A stretch of 64,000 nt of DNA from Dehalococcoidia bacterium (GCA_965207935.1 CBDBNM010000002.1:397692-461691), one strand, 5' to 3'. Shown: positions 1 through 9,639, numbered from the stretch's first letter. Notes: generated by a model from the sequence alone, not told the origin. Translations and numbers: made by a program.

Positions 1-1240
1 CGACCATGTAGCCCCACTCGCCGTCGCCGCAGATGTGCTTGTAGGCCCAGTTCCACGCTTCCGGGTTCAGGGGCTCGCCGGCGCAGGTGAGCAGGCGCAG
101 GCTCCGCAGGTTGCGGTTGCCGATGTAGCTCTCGCCCTCGCGCATCAGCATCCGCACAGCCGTGGGAGCGGTGAAGATGACGCTGACGCCGTACTTCTCG
201 ATGATGCGGTAGGCAACGCTGGGGTCAGGGTAGTCGATGGCCCCTTCCCTGAAGAGGGTCGTTGCGCCGGCGATCAAGGGGGCATAGCAGATGTAGCTGT
301 GGCCCACGACCCAGCCGATGTCGGACATGCACCAGAAGACATCTTCGTCCTTGATGTCCCAGAAGGTCTTCAGGTGGAAGTAGGTGCCCACCATGTAGCC
401 GCCGTGGACATGCTGGACGCCCTTGGGTTTGCCCGTGGTGCCGGAGGTGTAGAGGATGTAGAGGGGGTCCTCCGAGTCCATCACCTCGGCGGGACACTCG
501 GTCTCCGAGAGCTCCATGAGGACATCGTAGTCCACTTCCTTGGCGCCCGTGAGGAGCTCCTTGGATGTACGCTGCCACACAACCACCCGCTCGACAAGGT
601 CCAGGTCGGCTACTGCTTCGTCGGTGATGGCCTTCAGGGGCACGACCCGGCCCCGGCGATAGCCCACATCGGCGGTTATCACCACCTTGGCGCCCGCGTC
701 GGTGATGCGGTCGCGGAGGGAGCCAACGCTGAAGCCGGCATAGACGACGCTGTGAATCGCGCCAATGCGGGCGCAAGCCAGCATAGCGACGCACCCCTCG
801 GGGCTGAGGGGCATGTAGATGACCACCCGGTCGCCCTTCTTCACCCCCAGGGCCTTCAGGCCGTTGGCGAAGCGGTTGACCATCTGGGCCAGGCGAGCGT
901 AGGTGAACACCCGCTCGGTGCCGTCCTCGCCCAGCCAGATGAAGGCAGCCTTGTTGCGCCGGGCAGTGCCGAGGTGCCGATCCAGGCAGTTGACGGTTAT
1001 GTTGCACTGGCCGCCCAGGAACCACTTGAAGCTGGGGTAGTCCCACTGGAACACCTTGTCCCAGGTTCGGTGCCACTCCAGCTCCGATGCGACCTCAGCC
1101 CAGAACCGCTCCGGGTCCTGGATGGACCGCTGGTAAACCCCCTCGTAGTCCTGGAGGTTCGCCTGGTCCCGCAGGGCCTGGGGAGGCTCGTACTGGTCGG
1201 TTACCTTGAGCAGGTTTTCCAGGCTCTCACGTTGCACCAT
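1..1240 (-). CDS. acs: AMP-forming acetyl-CoA synthetase family protein, N-terminal ~413 codons only (gene runs off window start); not present in supplied ORF track
   Basis: Own translation of the minus strand from ATG at 1240..1238 gives MVQRESLENLLKVTDQYEPPQALRDQANLQDYEGVYQRSIQDPERFWAEVASELEWHRTWDKVF... It carries the AMP-binding signature YTSGTTGKPKGV and FWCMSDIGWVVGHSY, both typical of Acs. The frame stays open to position 1. The track ORFs 35..1267(+) and 225..1076(-) are off-frame shadows of this gene. Confidence 0.85.
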   Translation of the reverse strand, partial: MVQRESLENLLKVTDQYEPPQALRDQANLQDYEGVYQRSIQDPERFWAEVASELEWHRTWDKVFQWDYPSFKWFLGGQCNITVNCLDRHLGTARRNKAAFIWLGEDGTERVFTYARLAQMVNRFANGLKALGVKKGDRVVIYMPLSPEGCVAMLACARIGAIHSVVYAGFSVGSLRDRITDAGAKVVITADVGYRRGRVVPLKAITDEAVADLDLVERVVVWQRTSKELLTGAKEVDYDVLMELSETECPAEVMDSEDPLYILYTSGTTGKPKGVQHVHGGYMVGTYFHLKTFWDIKDEDVFWCMSDIGWVVGHSYICYAPLIAGATTLFREGAIDYPDPSVAYRIIEKYGVSVIFTAPTAVRMLMREGESYIGNRNLRSLRLLTCAGEPLNPEAWNWAYKHICGDGEWGYMV

Positions 1241-1246
1241 GGGGCT

Positions 1247-2458
1247 CTATCCCCCGTTTTTCTTTGAGCGCTCTGAGGCCTCGGCTTCCGCCTTGGCGAA
1301 ATCATCTTCGCTGAAGTTATAGAGGGAAGCTCCGCCCTTCAGGATGTCCGCCGCCGTCTCCCGGGAGACGGTGCTGAGCAGGTTGTTGGAAACGTTAGGG
1401 AAGTTGGAGTCGAAGTGGGGGTAGTCGGTAGAGATGCACATCCGGTCCGCACCGATTAGGCCGGCGGTGGGCTCGATCTCCGGTTCGCTGCCTTCGACGG
1501 CCGCCCAGCAGTTGCGCCTGAAGTACTCCTTGGGTGTCATGGACAGGTATGGCGCGTGGGAGTCCCGGTAGTTGGCGTAGTCCCACTCGATGCGGGTCAG
1601 GAGGCCCGGCACCCAGGAGTTCTGGGCTTCCAGGAATCCCACCCTGAGCTTGGGATGGAACTCGTACACGCCGCCGGTGATCTGGGCGATGAGGGCTTGC
1701 TGCATCTCGATCCAGTGGCTGGCGACGTGCCTGGGGAAGCGGTTCTCCCCGTAGATCACGTTCATGTTGGAGTACCACGCCCCCGTGCCCTCGTGGAAGC
1801 ACCAGGACACATCCAGCTCCTCGTGGAGGCTGTAGAGGGGGTCCCAGTAGTTGGAGTGCCAGTAGTGCCCGTTCACGAAGTTGGGCCGCAGGAAAGAGCC
1901 CACAGCGCCCATGTCCCGGACGCACCGCACCAGCTCCCGGCAGGCGAGGTTGACGTCGTGCACGGGAAGCATGGCCACGAACTTCAGGCGGGCGGGGCTG
2001 TAGGAGCAGAAGTCATGGATCCAGTTGTTGTAAGCCTGGCATATGGCCAGGGACATCTCCGGGTCCATGTTGTTCCGGGCCAGCCAAGCCAAGCCGCCCG
2101 TCGGGAAGAGCACGGCGATGTCGATGCCCTCCATCTCCATGCCCATGACCTGGGCTTCCTCGTCGTAGTCCCGCTGGATGGCGAAGTCCAGCCGGCCGCT
2201 TGCCGCGAGCCTGGAGTCCGAGAGCGGCTGGCTGCCGGAGGTGGAGTTGCCCTTGGCACGCTTGCGGTACTGCTGGAGGTCCACATCCATGGACGCCGGG
2301 GTGTTGTCTATCACCACCATGCCCCGCCGGGGCTTCCCGTCGGACCCCACTGGCATCCGTATCCGGTCCTTGAACTCGTCATCCAGGTACCGCTCGAACA
2401 TGTCGGGGGGTTCCATGATGTGCATATCGCAATCGACGAACCGGAGTCCTTCTTTCAT
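1247..2458 (-). CDS. Amidohydrolase-2 family (ACMSD-like metal-dependent TIM-barrel hydrolase)
   Basis: 403-aa ORF with an N-terminal FVDCDMHIMEP metal-ligand context and a C-terminal ISTDYPHFD motif typical of the family. Its stop lies 6 nt upstream of the acs start, so the two look like one operon. Confidence 0.7.
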   Translation of the reverse strand: MKEGLRFVDCDMHIMEPPDMFERYLDDEFKDRIRMPVGSDGKPRRGMVVIDNTPASMDVDLQQYRKRAKGNSTSGSQPLSDSRLAASGRLDFAIQRDYDEEAQVMGMEMEGIDIAVLFPTGGLAWLARNNMDPEMSLAICQAYNNWIHDFCSYSPARLKFVAMLPVHDVNLACRELVRCVRDMGAVGSFLRPNFVNGHYWHSNYWDPLYSLHEELDVSWCFHEGTGAWYSNMNVIYGENRFPRHVASHWIEMQQALIAQITGGVYEFHPKLRVGFLEAQNSWVPGLLTRIEWDYANYRDSHAPYLSMTPKEYFRRNCWAAVEGSEPEIEPTAGLIGADRMCISTDYPHFDSNFPNVSNNLLSTVSRETAADILKGGASLYNFSEDDFAKAEAEASERSKKNGG

Positions 2459-2515
2459 TCTCTTCTCCTTATGGCCTCTCTGCCTAAAGTGACCGGCGGA
2501 TTATCCCAGCCATTA

Positions 2516-2545
2516 TATCGTTGCCATCCCTTTGGGACAACGATA
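2516..2545. promoter_or_regulatory. Inverted repeat TATCGTTG-N14-CAACGATA in divergent promoter region (candidate operator)
   Basis: 8-bp perfect arms at 2516..2523 and 2538..2545. An inner TCCC-TTT-GGGA mini-palindrome sits in the spacer. The repeat lies between the divergently transcribed amidohydrolase and SulP genes. Confidence 0.3.
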
Positions 2546-2657
2546 GGCCGACCCCCGAGGGGCACATGAGTTTTGCCGGATAGCATAGGCCATCAAGAAT
2601 GTGGTGTAAGGTCATCGCTACGGGCACCTGGGAAGCTCTCCTCAGAATCGTGCGCTA

Positions 2658-2667
2658 TGGTATAAAT
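2658..2667 (+). promoter_or_regulatory. Possible extended -10 promoter (TGgTATAAAT) for SulP gene
   Basis: TGGTATAAAT lies about 40 nt upstream of the TTG start at 2705. No convincing -35 was found. Confidence 0.3.
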
Positions 2668-2704
2668 AGCTGAGCCAGCTTGGAGGGTTGATATTGGGGT
2701 AGGC

Positions 2705-4351
2705 TTGAGGCAACGAGTCGACCTGCAAACCATCCGCGGCGATGTCTTTGGAGGCATAGTTGCGGCCGTGGTGAGCCTGCCGCTTGCGCTGGCCTTTGGT
2801 GTGGCCTCGGGCCTTGGTGCTGCTTCAGGTCTGTATGGAGCGGTCGCCGTGGGCTTTTTTGCGGCGATATCCGGTGGGACCCGAACCCAGATATCAGGTC
2901 CCACCGGCCCTATGGCTGTGGCGATGGCGGTGGTGATCACCAGCCATGCGACGAGTCTCGCAGGTGCGTTTACGATTGTCATCCTGGCGGGGCTGATACA
3001 GATCATGCTGGGCGTACTGCGCATCGGCCGGTTCGTCGCCTACACGCCCTACTCTGTGATATCCGGGTTCATGTCCGGAATCGGCCTGATTATCATACTG
3101 GTACAGACGCTGCCCTTTTTGGGGTCAGACATCGCCAGTGGAGGGCCGATGGGAGCGGTCCGCGCCTGGCCGGCCGCCATAAGCGACGTGAATTTCAGTG
3201 CGCTGGCCATCGCGGTCTCCACTCTCGTGGTGGTCGTGGCCTGGCCATCCCAGCTCAGGAAGCTTATGCCCCCAGCGCTTGTGGCGCTCATATTCGGCAC
3301 GCTGCTGGGCGTATTTTGGTTGAGCGAAGCCCCGGTAATCGGAAAAGTTCCGACCGGCCTGCCAGAATTGCAACTGCCCGACCTTTCGACAGGCAACCTT
3401 TTTCACATCATCTATCCTGCCGTGACGCTCGCACTGCTCGGCTCTATCGACACCCTGCTGACCTCTTTGGTAGCTGATTCGATGACGCGCACTCGTCACA
3501 TGCCCAATCGCACGCTGGTGGGCCAGGGCGTTGGCAACATGGCCGCCGGCTTCATAGGTGGATTGCCAGGTGCTGGAGCCACAATGGGTACTGTGGTGAA
3601 CATACGGGCAGGCGGCAAGACGCCTCTTTCGGGAGTGGTTTCGGCGCTGATTCTGCTCGCGATTGTGCTTGGGCTGGGGAGATATGTTGAGGATGTCCCG
3701 CACGCGGTCCTCGCTGGCATCCTGATGAAGGTCGGTTGGGACATAATCGACTGGCGATTCATGACCAGGATATTCCGTGTTCAGCACGAACATCTCATTG
3801 TGATGGCTGTGACTCTCGGGCTGACGGTGTTCGTGGACCTGGTCACAGCGGTGACCATAGGTCTCATCATTGCCGGAATGGCCAGCGCACGCCAGTTCGA
3901 GCGGTTCGAACTCGACAGCGTGGTCTCGGTACCGCTGCTGGATCGGAATTTCCTGTTTACCGGGGGGAATAGAGGCGATGAGGGTGAGTGCCGGGAAGAC
4001 GAGGAGTGGGACGAATTCTCCGCGCACGTAGGGCTTGTAGCGCTGAAGGGGACCTTCTCGGTCGCGTCCGCGCACAAGCTCATGAACACGATCAGCTCCG
4101 ACATCCAGGAACATCAGGTCGTCATCTTCAATTTTACGGATACCATCTACATGGACGACAGCGCCGCTCTTGTTGTTGAGCAGTTGATCGATACGGCCAT
4201 AAAGCAGGATACCGGCTGCATAATCCTGGGGCTGGCCGGCCAGCCCGCTGTCACTCTCAAGGCGCTCGACGTACTGCGGCAGGTTCCGGGAAAGAACGTG
4301 GTAACGACCCTGGACGAGGCGAGAGACGCTGCGGCAGCGATGCTCAAGTAG
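2705..4351 (+). CDS. SulP family inorganic anion (sulfate/bicarbonate) permease with C-terminal STAS domain
   Basis: 548 aa with N-terminal GGIVAAVVSLPLALAFGVASG and TQISGPTGPMAV motifs and many TM segments. The soluble C-terminal ~120 aa look STAS-like (VVIFNFTDTIYMDDSAALVVEQL). Confidence 0.85.
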   Translation: MRQRVDLQTIRGDVFGGIVAAVVSLPLALAFGVASGLGAASGLYGAVAVGFFAAISGGTRTQISGPTGPMAVAMAVVITSHATSLAGAFTIVILAGLIQIMLGVLRIGRFVAYTPYSVISGFMSGIGLIIILVQTLPFLGSDIASGGPMGAVRAWPAAISDVNFSALAIAVSTLVVVVAWPSQLRKLMPPALVALIFGTLLGVFWLSEAPVIGKVPTGLPELQLPDLSTGNLFHIIYPAVTLALLGSIDTLLTSLVADSMTRTRHMPNRTLVGQGVGNMAAGFIGGLPGAGATMGTVVNIRAGGKTPLSGVVSALILLAIVLGLGRYVEDVPHAVLAGILMKVGWDIIDWRFMTRIFRVQHEHLIVMAVTLGLTVFVDLVTAVTIGLIIAGMASARQFERFELDSVVSVPLLDRNFLFTGGNRGDEGECREDEEWDEFSAHVGLVALKGTFSVASAHKLMNTISSDIQEHQVVIFNFTDTIYMDDSAALVVEQLIDTAIKQDTGCIILGLAGQPAVTLKALDVLRQVPGKNVVTTLDEARDAAAAMLK

Positions 4352-4461
4352 ACAATCCAACCCCTGGGACTTTGGTCTAGGGTGCTAGCCCATGTTTGTG
4401 GCGCATAAGGGTGCGGGCCAATAGAGGCGCGGTCCTTGAACTCGGCAATGCTCCGTCCTGG

Positions 4462-4481
4462 ATTGCGGCCTTCGCCGCAAT
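4462..4481. terminator. Hairpin ATTGCGGC-CTTC-GCCGCAAT between convergent SulP and rhodanese genes
   Basis: Perfect 8-bp GC-rich stem with a 4-nt loop in the 150-nt convergent intergenic gap. There is no clear U-tract. Confidence 0.4.
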
Positions 4482-4502
4482 GACGAGCGGGACTACGATG
4501 CG

Positions 4503-5339
4503 TCACCCTCCCGCCTCGATAGGGGTGTCGTCCCGGTTGCCCCACTCCTTCCACGAGGCGTCGTAGTTGCATGCCCGCTCATAACCCAGGAGCTTCAACA
4601 CCAGCGTGCTGTGACCAGCACGAATGCCGGCCTGTCAGTGGGCCAGCACCTCTTTTTCGGGGGTTATCCCCTTAGCCTCCAGGAGCTCCCGCATTTCATG
4701 GGCGGGCTTGAAGGTGTGGGTCCCGTCATCCATCAGGTCCGACCACTCCAGGTGATGGGCGCCAGGGATGTGCCCGGCCCGTTGGTTGCCCCGGGTGTTC
4801 TCCCCCGTGTACTCGGCCCGGCTCCGCACATCCCAGACCACCACGTCCGGGTCCTGGTACGCCTCCTTCAGACGCTCTGCGGTGACCAACAATGAGGGAT
4901 TCGGCTTGGGAGTGAACGAAGCCCCTTCCTTCCCCCTGCTTGGGGACATGCTCAATGGCCGGCCTTCCTCCAGCCACTTCTTCCAACCGCCGTTGAGCAC
5001 CTTGACCTTGTCGTGGCCGTAGTAGTTCAACACCCACCAGAACCTTCCGGCATACAGGGACCGGGTGTGGTCGTAGGCCACCACCAGGGTATCGTCCCCG
5101 ATGCCCAGCCCTTCCATCATGTGGGCGCACTGCTCGGGCGTAACAACGTGCACCTGGCCCGTGTCCTGGTTCTTCTCGTAGTTGTCGGGCACCACGACAG
5201 CGCCGGGAATGTGGGCGCGATAGTAGGAGGCCACGGGGTCCGTATCCACGATGCAGATGCCAGGGTCTTCCAGGTGCTCGGCCAGCCACTCGGTCTCAGC
5301 CAGGTATTCAGGGTGGGCATATCCTTCTGCTGTCGCCAT
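4503..5339 (-). CDS. Two-domain rhodanese / thiosulfate-3-mercaptopyruvate sulfurtransferase with in-frame TGA at the catalytic Cys position (candidate selenocysteine); track ORF 4635..5339 is the truncated version
   Basis: The track ORF ends ...EKEVLAH at TGA (4637..4635). The same frame continues [43 protein letters not shown] to TGA at 4505..4503. H-[TGA]-QAGIRAG matches the rhodanese active-site loop C-x-x-G-x-R. The total of 278 codons matches SseA-type enzymes. Confidence 0.75.
4605..4622 (-). promoter_or_regulatory. Putative bacterial SECIS-like hairpin downstream of rhodanese TGA
   Basis: The minus-strand RNA reads UGA-N12-CGUGCUG-GUCA-CAGCACG. This is a perfect 7-bp stem whose apical loop begins with G, 19 nt from the UGA. 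The GCUGGUCACAGC apex resembles the GGUC-type apex of the E. coli fdhF SECIS (from memory). Confidence 0.5.
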
Positions 5340-5536
5340 CCCGCTCCTCCTAATGCCAGCTATCGGACTCGTCCCAGCCTATAGCCGTCCCCCAGCCCAG
5401 TCAACATCAGGCCCCGTACACCAGTCACCCTTGACCGGGAAACGGGCGCACCCTACGATGGTGTTCCGTTCCAGGCCCGGATGGGGCCGAAAAGGCGCAT
5501 GGGGGAGTCCACTGCTGCAAGAAAAAGGAGGTTGTC

Positions 5537-6454
5537 ATGGAGTGGGAGTACGAACTGGTTGCCGAATGCGGTCGGCTTACCGAAGGCCCCGTCTGGGACG
5601 GAGAAACCCTCCTGTTCAGCCACATCCCGGGCAGCAGGATCATGCGGTACGACCCCGATTCGGGGGCCTGCACCGAGTTCCGGACCGACACCAACCACAT
5701 CAACGGGCTGAACTTCGACACTCAGGGTAGGCTGTACGGGTGCTGTTCGGGGGGACGCTCCATCGTGCGCCTGGAGCCCGACGGCTCAACCACCACCGTC
5801 GTTGACCGCTGGGAAGGACTGCGCTTCAACACCCCCAACGACCTGGCCCTGGACAGCAAGGGTCGCATCTGGTTCACCAATCCCTGGAACGAAGGCAATA
5901 TCGACCCCAGCGAAAGCATGGAGATGGACCACGAAGAGGCCTTCCGGGCAGACCCCCAGCCCGACGGCAGCTTCAGCATCTCCAGGGTCACCTTCGACAC
6001 CACCAAGACCAACGGCATCCTGGTGTCTCCCGATGAGACCATCCTGTACGTGGCCCAGAGCGACGGCGTGTCAGGACGCACCCGTGAGCTCAGAGCCTAC
6101 CCCATCCAGGCCGACGGCTCTCTTGGGCCGTACACCCTGCTCCACCAGTTCGGGGAGGACCACAGGGGTCCCCAGCGGGGCATCGACGGCATGTGCCTCG
6201 ACAGCGAGGGGAACATCATCGCCACGGCGGGTATCAACACCAGCGGCCCCGGCCCCATGATCTACGTCTTCGAAGCGCCCAGCGGTCGGGTGCTGGAGAC
6301 CCACCGGGTGCCCGACGGCGTGAATACCCCGACGAACTGCGCTTTCGGCGGGCCGGACCTGTCCACCTTGTACATCACCTCGGGCCAGGGGCACCTTCTG
6401 AAGGTCGGCAACACGGGCCGCCGTGGGTGGATCCTCTGGCCCCCGGCGAAGTAG
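5537..6454 (+). CDS. SMP-30/gluconolactonase/LRE family beta-propeller hydrolase
   Basis: 305 aa with EGPVWD, NGLNFD, FNTPNDLALDSKGRIWFTN and PTNCAFGGPDLSTLYITS, all characteristic of SMP-30 lactonases. AAGGAGG RBS upstream. Confidence 0.8.
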   Translation: MEWEYELVAECGRLTEGPVWDGETLLFSHIPGSRIMRYDPDSGACTEFRTDTNHINGLNFDTQGRLYGCCSGGRSIVRLEPDGSTTTVVDRWEGLRFNTPNDLALDSKGRIWFTNPWNEGNIDPSESMEMDHEEAFRADPQPDGSFSISRVTFDTTKTNGILVSPDETILYVAQSDGVSGRTRELRAYPIQADGSLGPYTLLHQFGEDHRGPQRGIDGMCLDSEGNIIATAGINTSGPGPMIYVFEAPSGRVLETHRVPDGVNTPTNCAFGGPDLSTLYITSGQGHLLKVGNTGRRGWILWPPAK

Positions 6455-6517
6455 CGGCGGAGGGGCCTAAAGCCAGGAGAGGCTCAGGCATCACGTAAGC
6501 CGGAGCGGCGGGGTCCG

Positions 6518-6709
6518 CTATACCTGGTAGCGCTGGAGGAGCTGGCGGGCGATGACCAGGCGCTGGATCTCGTTGGTGCCCTCGCCGATGATCATCAGGG
6601 GCGCATCCCTGTAGTAGCGCTCAATGGGGTTCTCCTTGATGTACCCGTAGCCCCCGAATATGCGCATCGCCTCCAGAGTTACCTCGGCGCATATCTCGCC
6701 GGCGAACAG
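6518..6709 (-). repeat. Direct repeat copy A (192 bp) of acyl-CoA dehydrogenase 3' end
   Basis: Hand alignment with 10466..10657 has no gaps and 14 mismatches in 192 nt (about 93% identity). 13 mismatches are synonymous and 1 is Gly/Ser. Homology ends abruptly after GGCGAACAG (6701..6709). Confidence 0.9.
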
Positions 6710-6730
6710 TAGCAGGAATGCGCCTCTCAT
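6518..6730 (-). pseudogene. Displaced 3' fragment of acyl-CoA dehydrogenase (last 63 codons) with an 8-codon novel N-terminus
   Basis: The translation ...[62 protein letters not shown] is identical over 59 aa to the C-terminus of the intact gene at 10466..11626. Its ATG (6730..6728) overlaps the TAA of the 969-aa gene as TAATG. Confidence 0.85.
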
Positions 6731-9639
6731 TAGTTGTCAAGGGTCAGCAAGTCGAAGCGTCCCCTTTTTAGCAGGTTCTCGCGAGCGCGCTCCGCATTTG
6801 CTCGAACGGTGGAATCTGCGCTATCTAGACCTGCCTTCAGGATTCTCGTGGCAGGCTCCGTCATAATGTAAAAGGAATCGCCTCCCAATTTGTCAGTTAA
6901 CTTAGCGAAGCACTCAACCACGATTTCAGCGTTACGAGGCAGAAGCTCGGTTAACGTTTCGACCTGCCCGTATATCTCCCTGGTATCAGAAAGCCCAGTA
7001 TCGAGGATTCTCGAAAAGGCATCCAACCGCCATTCTTCATCCAGGCATGGCGCTTCCAGCCAGCGTGAAAACCTCGCGAGCTCCTTCGCGTCGCCTGCCT
7101 CAAGACGCCATTCGAAGAAAGACATCAACCTGTCATTGAGGTCCTTATCCAAATGCTTGCCGGTGTTCCTCAGAATGAACCCTATATGGTTAAACAGATT
7201 TCCCCAATACTCGGTTTCAGGGCCAGTCTGTTGATAGAATCGTTCTATAAGGCTCTCAGGTCCTTTGAGGGGGTAATGGCCCCACAAGAAGTAAGCAAAT
7301 AGGTGCTGACCAAGAGTGTCAACGAAGGTGTCCAGAGGATGATCCCGTAACTCAAGGTTAGCAAGGTGTATCAGTGCAAACGCGAAGTCGTCTCTCAGGA
7401 CATTGAACATTGGGCCGTTGGGATGCGTGTAGCGGAGCAGTGTGCCAAACCCCGTCCGCCATCCAGGCAGGGAGCCCTGTGGGAACACGTCCTGCCTGTG
7501 TTCTACAGCCCACGCCTCATTCAACCCAAGCAAACGTCCATAGTTAAACCCCAAGATCGCGTATTCCGGTAACGTTAAGGGGATCGTGGCTTCTGGCGTA
7601 AATCTCCCTTCCAAAGTGTCCATGACGAAGTGAATGTCGTCTTCTCTACCCTGCCTTCTCAACCACAATCCGAATCGGATCAAGCTTTCCAAGCCACGGC
7701 TTCGGGTGTTGTTGATCGCCTCGGCGAATTGATCGTTCCGGTCTGGGAATACCGGGTTATCCCCATCTAATCGCGCGTCGAACTGGGTACAAAGCGCATC
7801 CAAAAGCTTGGCCAATCGCACATGTGCAGAAACCGGCACGTCAACATCTTCTTCAACGCAGCTTCCCACCAAGTCCCCGACGGCGCGGCGTGCTGTCTGC
7901 CAGTGAGGCTTCTCTTTAGGTCGATCGTCGTATCCGTAACCTTCCTCTGGTTCCTGGTCAGGGTGAGACATTACCCATTGGCAAAACTCTAGACAATGTT
8001 CCAGTTCGTCGAAGTTACCCTCACTCATGTGTTCCTGCATTCCCGCAACCATTGCTCGCACGTAAATTGGTCGTTCAATCTTATCCCGGTGGTCAAGCCA
8101 GTAGCGTAGCCTTGCCTTATGCGGGAGCACCAGGTCCTTGAAGAAGGTTTGAAAAGTTTCAGCCAAGGCCTCGACGTTAACCTCCGTTAGCCAACTTTCC
8201 TCGTCATCTGCACTCTCGTACCTGTGCTCCGAGTCCCAATCGTTAATGAAGACGAGCAACTCTTCATCGGGTAGGGCAGCGAGGTCTTCTAGCGACCTTG
8301 GGCTTCGACGTGCGACCACTCCACCTCTTGCGTATCCAATTTGCAAGTAGTCGTCGTCAGCTATCTGCCTGTCATGTCCATCTTCCAATTGACGATAATA
8401 GTCTAGATATTCGTCAAATAGCACGCACTCAAAGGGTTTAAACTGCATCCTGTGGAAGTTGCGCCGAAGATGCTCAAGCTGCTCTGGGGTCAATGCTTCA
8501 CTGTCATACTGTCTCTTCGGACCGCTCAGGAAGAGGTCGAATATCCCACTTAGCTCCTCCCTGCTAAGCAACTCTGTACCGAAGCGTTCACATCCGCTAC
8601 GCACCATTTGTTGAAACTCGAAATGATGTGGCCACACGTCGTAGTGTTCTTGCATTAGTATGAAGTCGCGAATCAGAGGCTTCGTCTGCTCGCTTGGATA
8701 TAGGGCGGCAAGGTGTTGTTGCAAACGATTAAAGAGCCTCCATCGGTGAACACGTAATCGCTCGAGCAACTCAGGTATTAGGTCAGGAGCTTGTTTAAAC
8801 ACTCTCTCGCAAGCAACGGTTAGCATGTGAACCAGTAACTCTGCAGGCTCCTCGTCTTCTACCCCACTACCCGAACCACTAAGGCGCGGGCACCAAATCT
8901 CCGAATAGTCTTGATCCGTACCTTGTTCTAGGTGGTCTTGATGTGTGCTTAACCGTATCATCTCAACGGTGGCATCTACTAAGGCCAGCGCAACTTTGAG
9001 TGGTTCCCTTTCTGATAGTGGGATTACTCCTTTCTCTAGCACCTCACGATAGTTCCACGTGTCGACCGAGGGGGTAGGTCGAAGTAGGGTCGTCCAATCT
9101 TCTGGGTTCTGCCTGCGGCGCAGTTGTTTGTCCTCAGCGGCAGGATCCGGAACAAATTTAACCAGGGCTTGCACAAGCTCCAAAGCAACCGAGTTTTCGT
9201 TTTCGGTCACCCAGTGAAATAGTAACTCGGAAAACTTACGGGTAAGGAACCAGGGATTAGCTCCACCTGATTTGAGCAGTATAGGCTTGAGTCTTGCAGA
9301 GTGGACGCCGGGAAGTTGCAACGCGATCTCGATAATTCCCAACCGGACCATCGGATTCTCGACCTCGGGGAGCTGTAGAACGACTTCCACAACTTCATCG
9401 GGAACTTCCCGAACAATGTTCTTCAGATACTCAAGCTCAGGCCAAAGAGGGAATTGGTTCGAACCATCGGGGAGATCGATCGGGCCCGGAGGGGATTCAA
9501 AATATCCGCGCTCCACTAAAGGCTGCAGCCACAAAGGATTCCTTAGCTGTGAGAAGAAATACCGACGGTCGTTCTCCTTCTTGGCTGACGAAAGAGCCCT
9601 TTCTACAAGTTCATCCGTTGGCTTCTTCCAAGATGTCAT
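6730..9639 (-). CDS. Hypothetical 969-aa protein, apparently all-alpha/repeat-like, acidic and Trp-rich; no catalytic or NTP-binding motif recognised
   Basis: A long uninterrupted ORF in low-GC DNA has a strong coding likelihood. The start ATG at 9639 is preceded by TAAGGGG and overlaps the upstream gene by 29 nt. I found no Walker A, DEAD/H, HNH, PD-(D/E)xK or recombinase motif by eye. The N-terminus reads [26 protein letters not shown]...[13 protein letters not shown]. Confidence 0.8.
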   Translation of the reverse strand: MTSWKKPTDELVERALSSAKKENDRRYFFSQLRNPLWLQPLVERGYFESPPGPIDLPDGSNQFPLWPELEYLKNIVREVPDEVVEVVLQLPEVENPMVRLGIIEIALQLPGVHSARLKPILLKSGGANPWFLTRKFSELLFHWVTENENSVALELVQALVKFVPDPAAEDKQLRRRQNPEDWTTLLRPTPSVDTWNYREVLEKGVIPLSEREPLKVALALVDATVEMIRLSTHQDHLEQGTDQDYSEIWCPRLSGSGSGVEDEEPAELLVHMLTVACERVFKQAPDLIPELLERLRVHRWRLFNRLQQHLAALYPSEQTKPLIRDFILMQEHYDVWPHHFEFQQMVRSGCERFGTELLSREELSGIFDLFLSGPKRQYDSEALTPEQLEHLRRNFHRMQFKPFECVLFDEYLDYYRQLEDGHDRQIADDDYLQIGYARGGVVARRSPRSLEDLAALPDEELLVFINDWDSEHRYESADDEESWLTEVNVEALAETFQTFFKDLVLPHKARLRYWLDHRDKIERPIYVRAMVAGMQEHMSEGNFDELEHCLEFCQWVMSHPDQEPEEGYGYDDRPKEKPHWQTARRAVGDLVGSCVEEDVDVPVSAHVRLAKLLDALCTQFDARLDGDNPVFPDRNDQFAEAINNTRSRGLESLIRFGLWLRRQGREDDIHFVMDTLEGRFTPEATIPLTLPEYAILGFNYGRLLGLNEAWAVEHRQDVFPQGSLPGWRTGFGTLLRYTHPNGPMFNVLRDDFAFALIHLANLELRDHPLDTFVDTLGQHLFAYFLWGHYPLKGPESLIERFYQQTGPETEYWGNLFNHIGFILRNTGKHLDKDLNDRLMSFFEWRLEAGDAKELARFSRWLEAPCLDEEWRLDAFSRILDTGLSDTREIYGQVETLTELLPRNAEIVVECFAKLTDKLGGDSFYIMTEPATRILKAGLDSADSTVRANAERARENLLKRGRFDLLTLDN

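Noticed and set aside
35-1267. 410-aa plus-strand ORF, plus the 283-aa minus ORF at 225..1076, covering the first 1.2 kb
   Set aside because: Both are Ala/Gly/Val/Arg/Pro-rich shadow frames typical of high-GC DNA. The third minus frame encodes a textbook acetyl-CoA synthetase N-terminus, which the track omitted because it is open at the window edge.
3125-4360. 411-aa minus ORF opposite SulP; similar long antisense ORFs at 1556..2569, 20820..22040, 23987..25303, 36928..38478, 45649..46467, 46734..47756, 51265..52260, 53338..54261, 54331..55551 and 60673..62127
   Set aside because: All lie opposite genes with unambiguous family motifs and show the skewed Arg/Gly/Pro/His composition of non-coding frames in GC-rich DNA.
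4147-4572. 141-aa minus ORF downstream of the truncated rhodanese ORF
   Set aside because: It is out of frame with the rhodanese and Arg/Gly-rich. The rhodanese frame itself continues through the TGA with a perfect family match, which explains the coding signal here.
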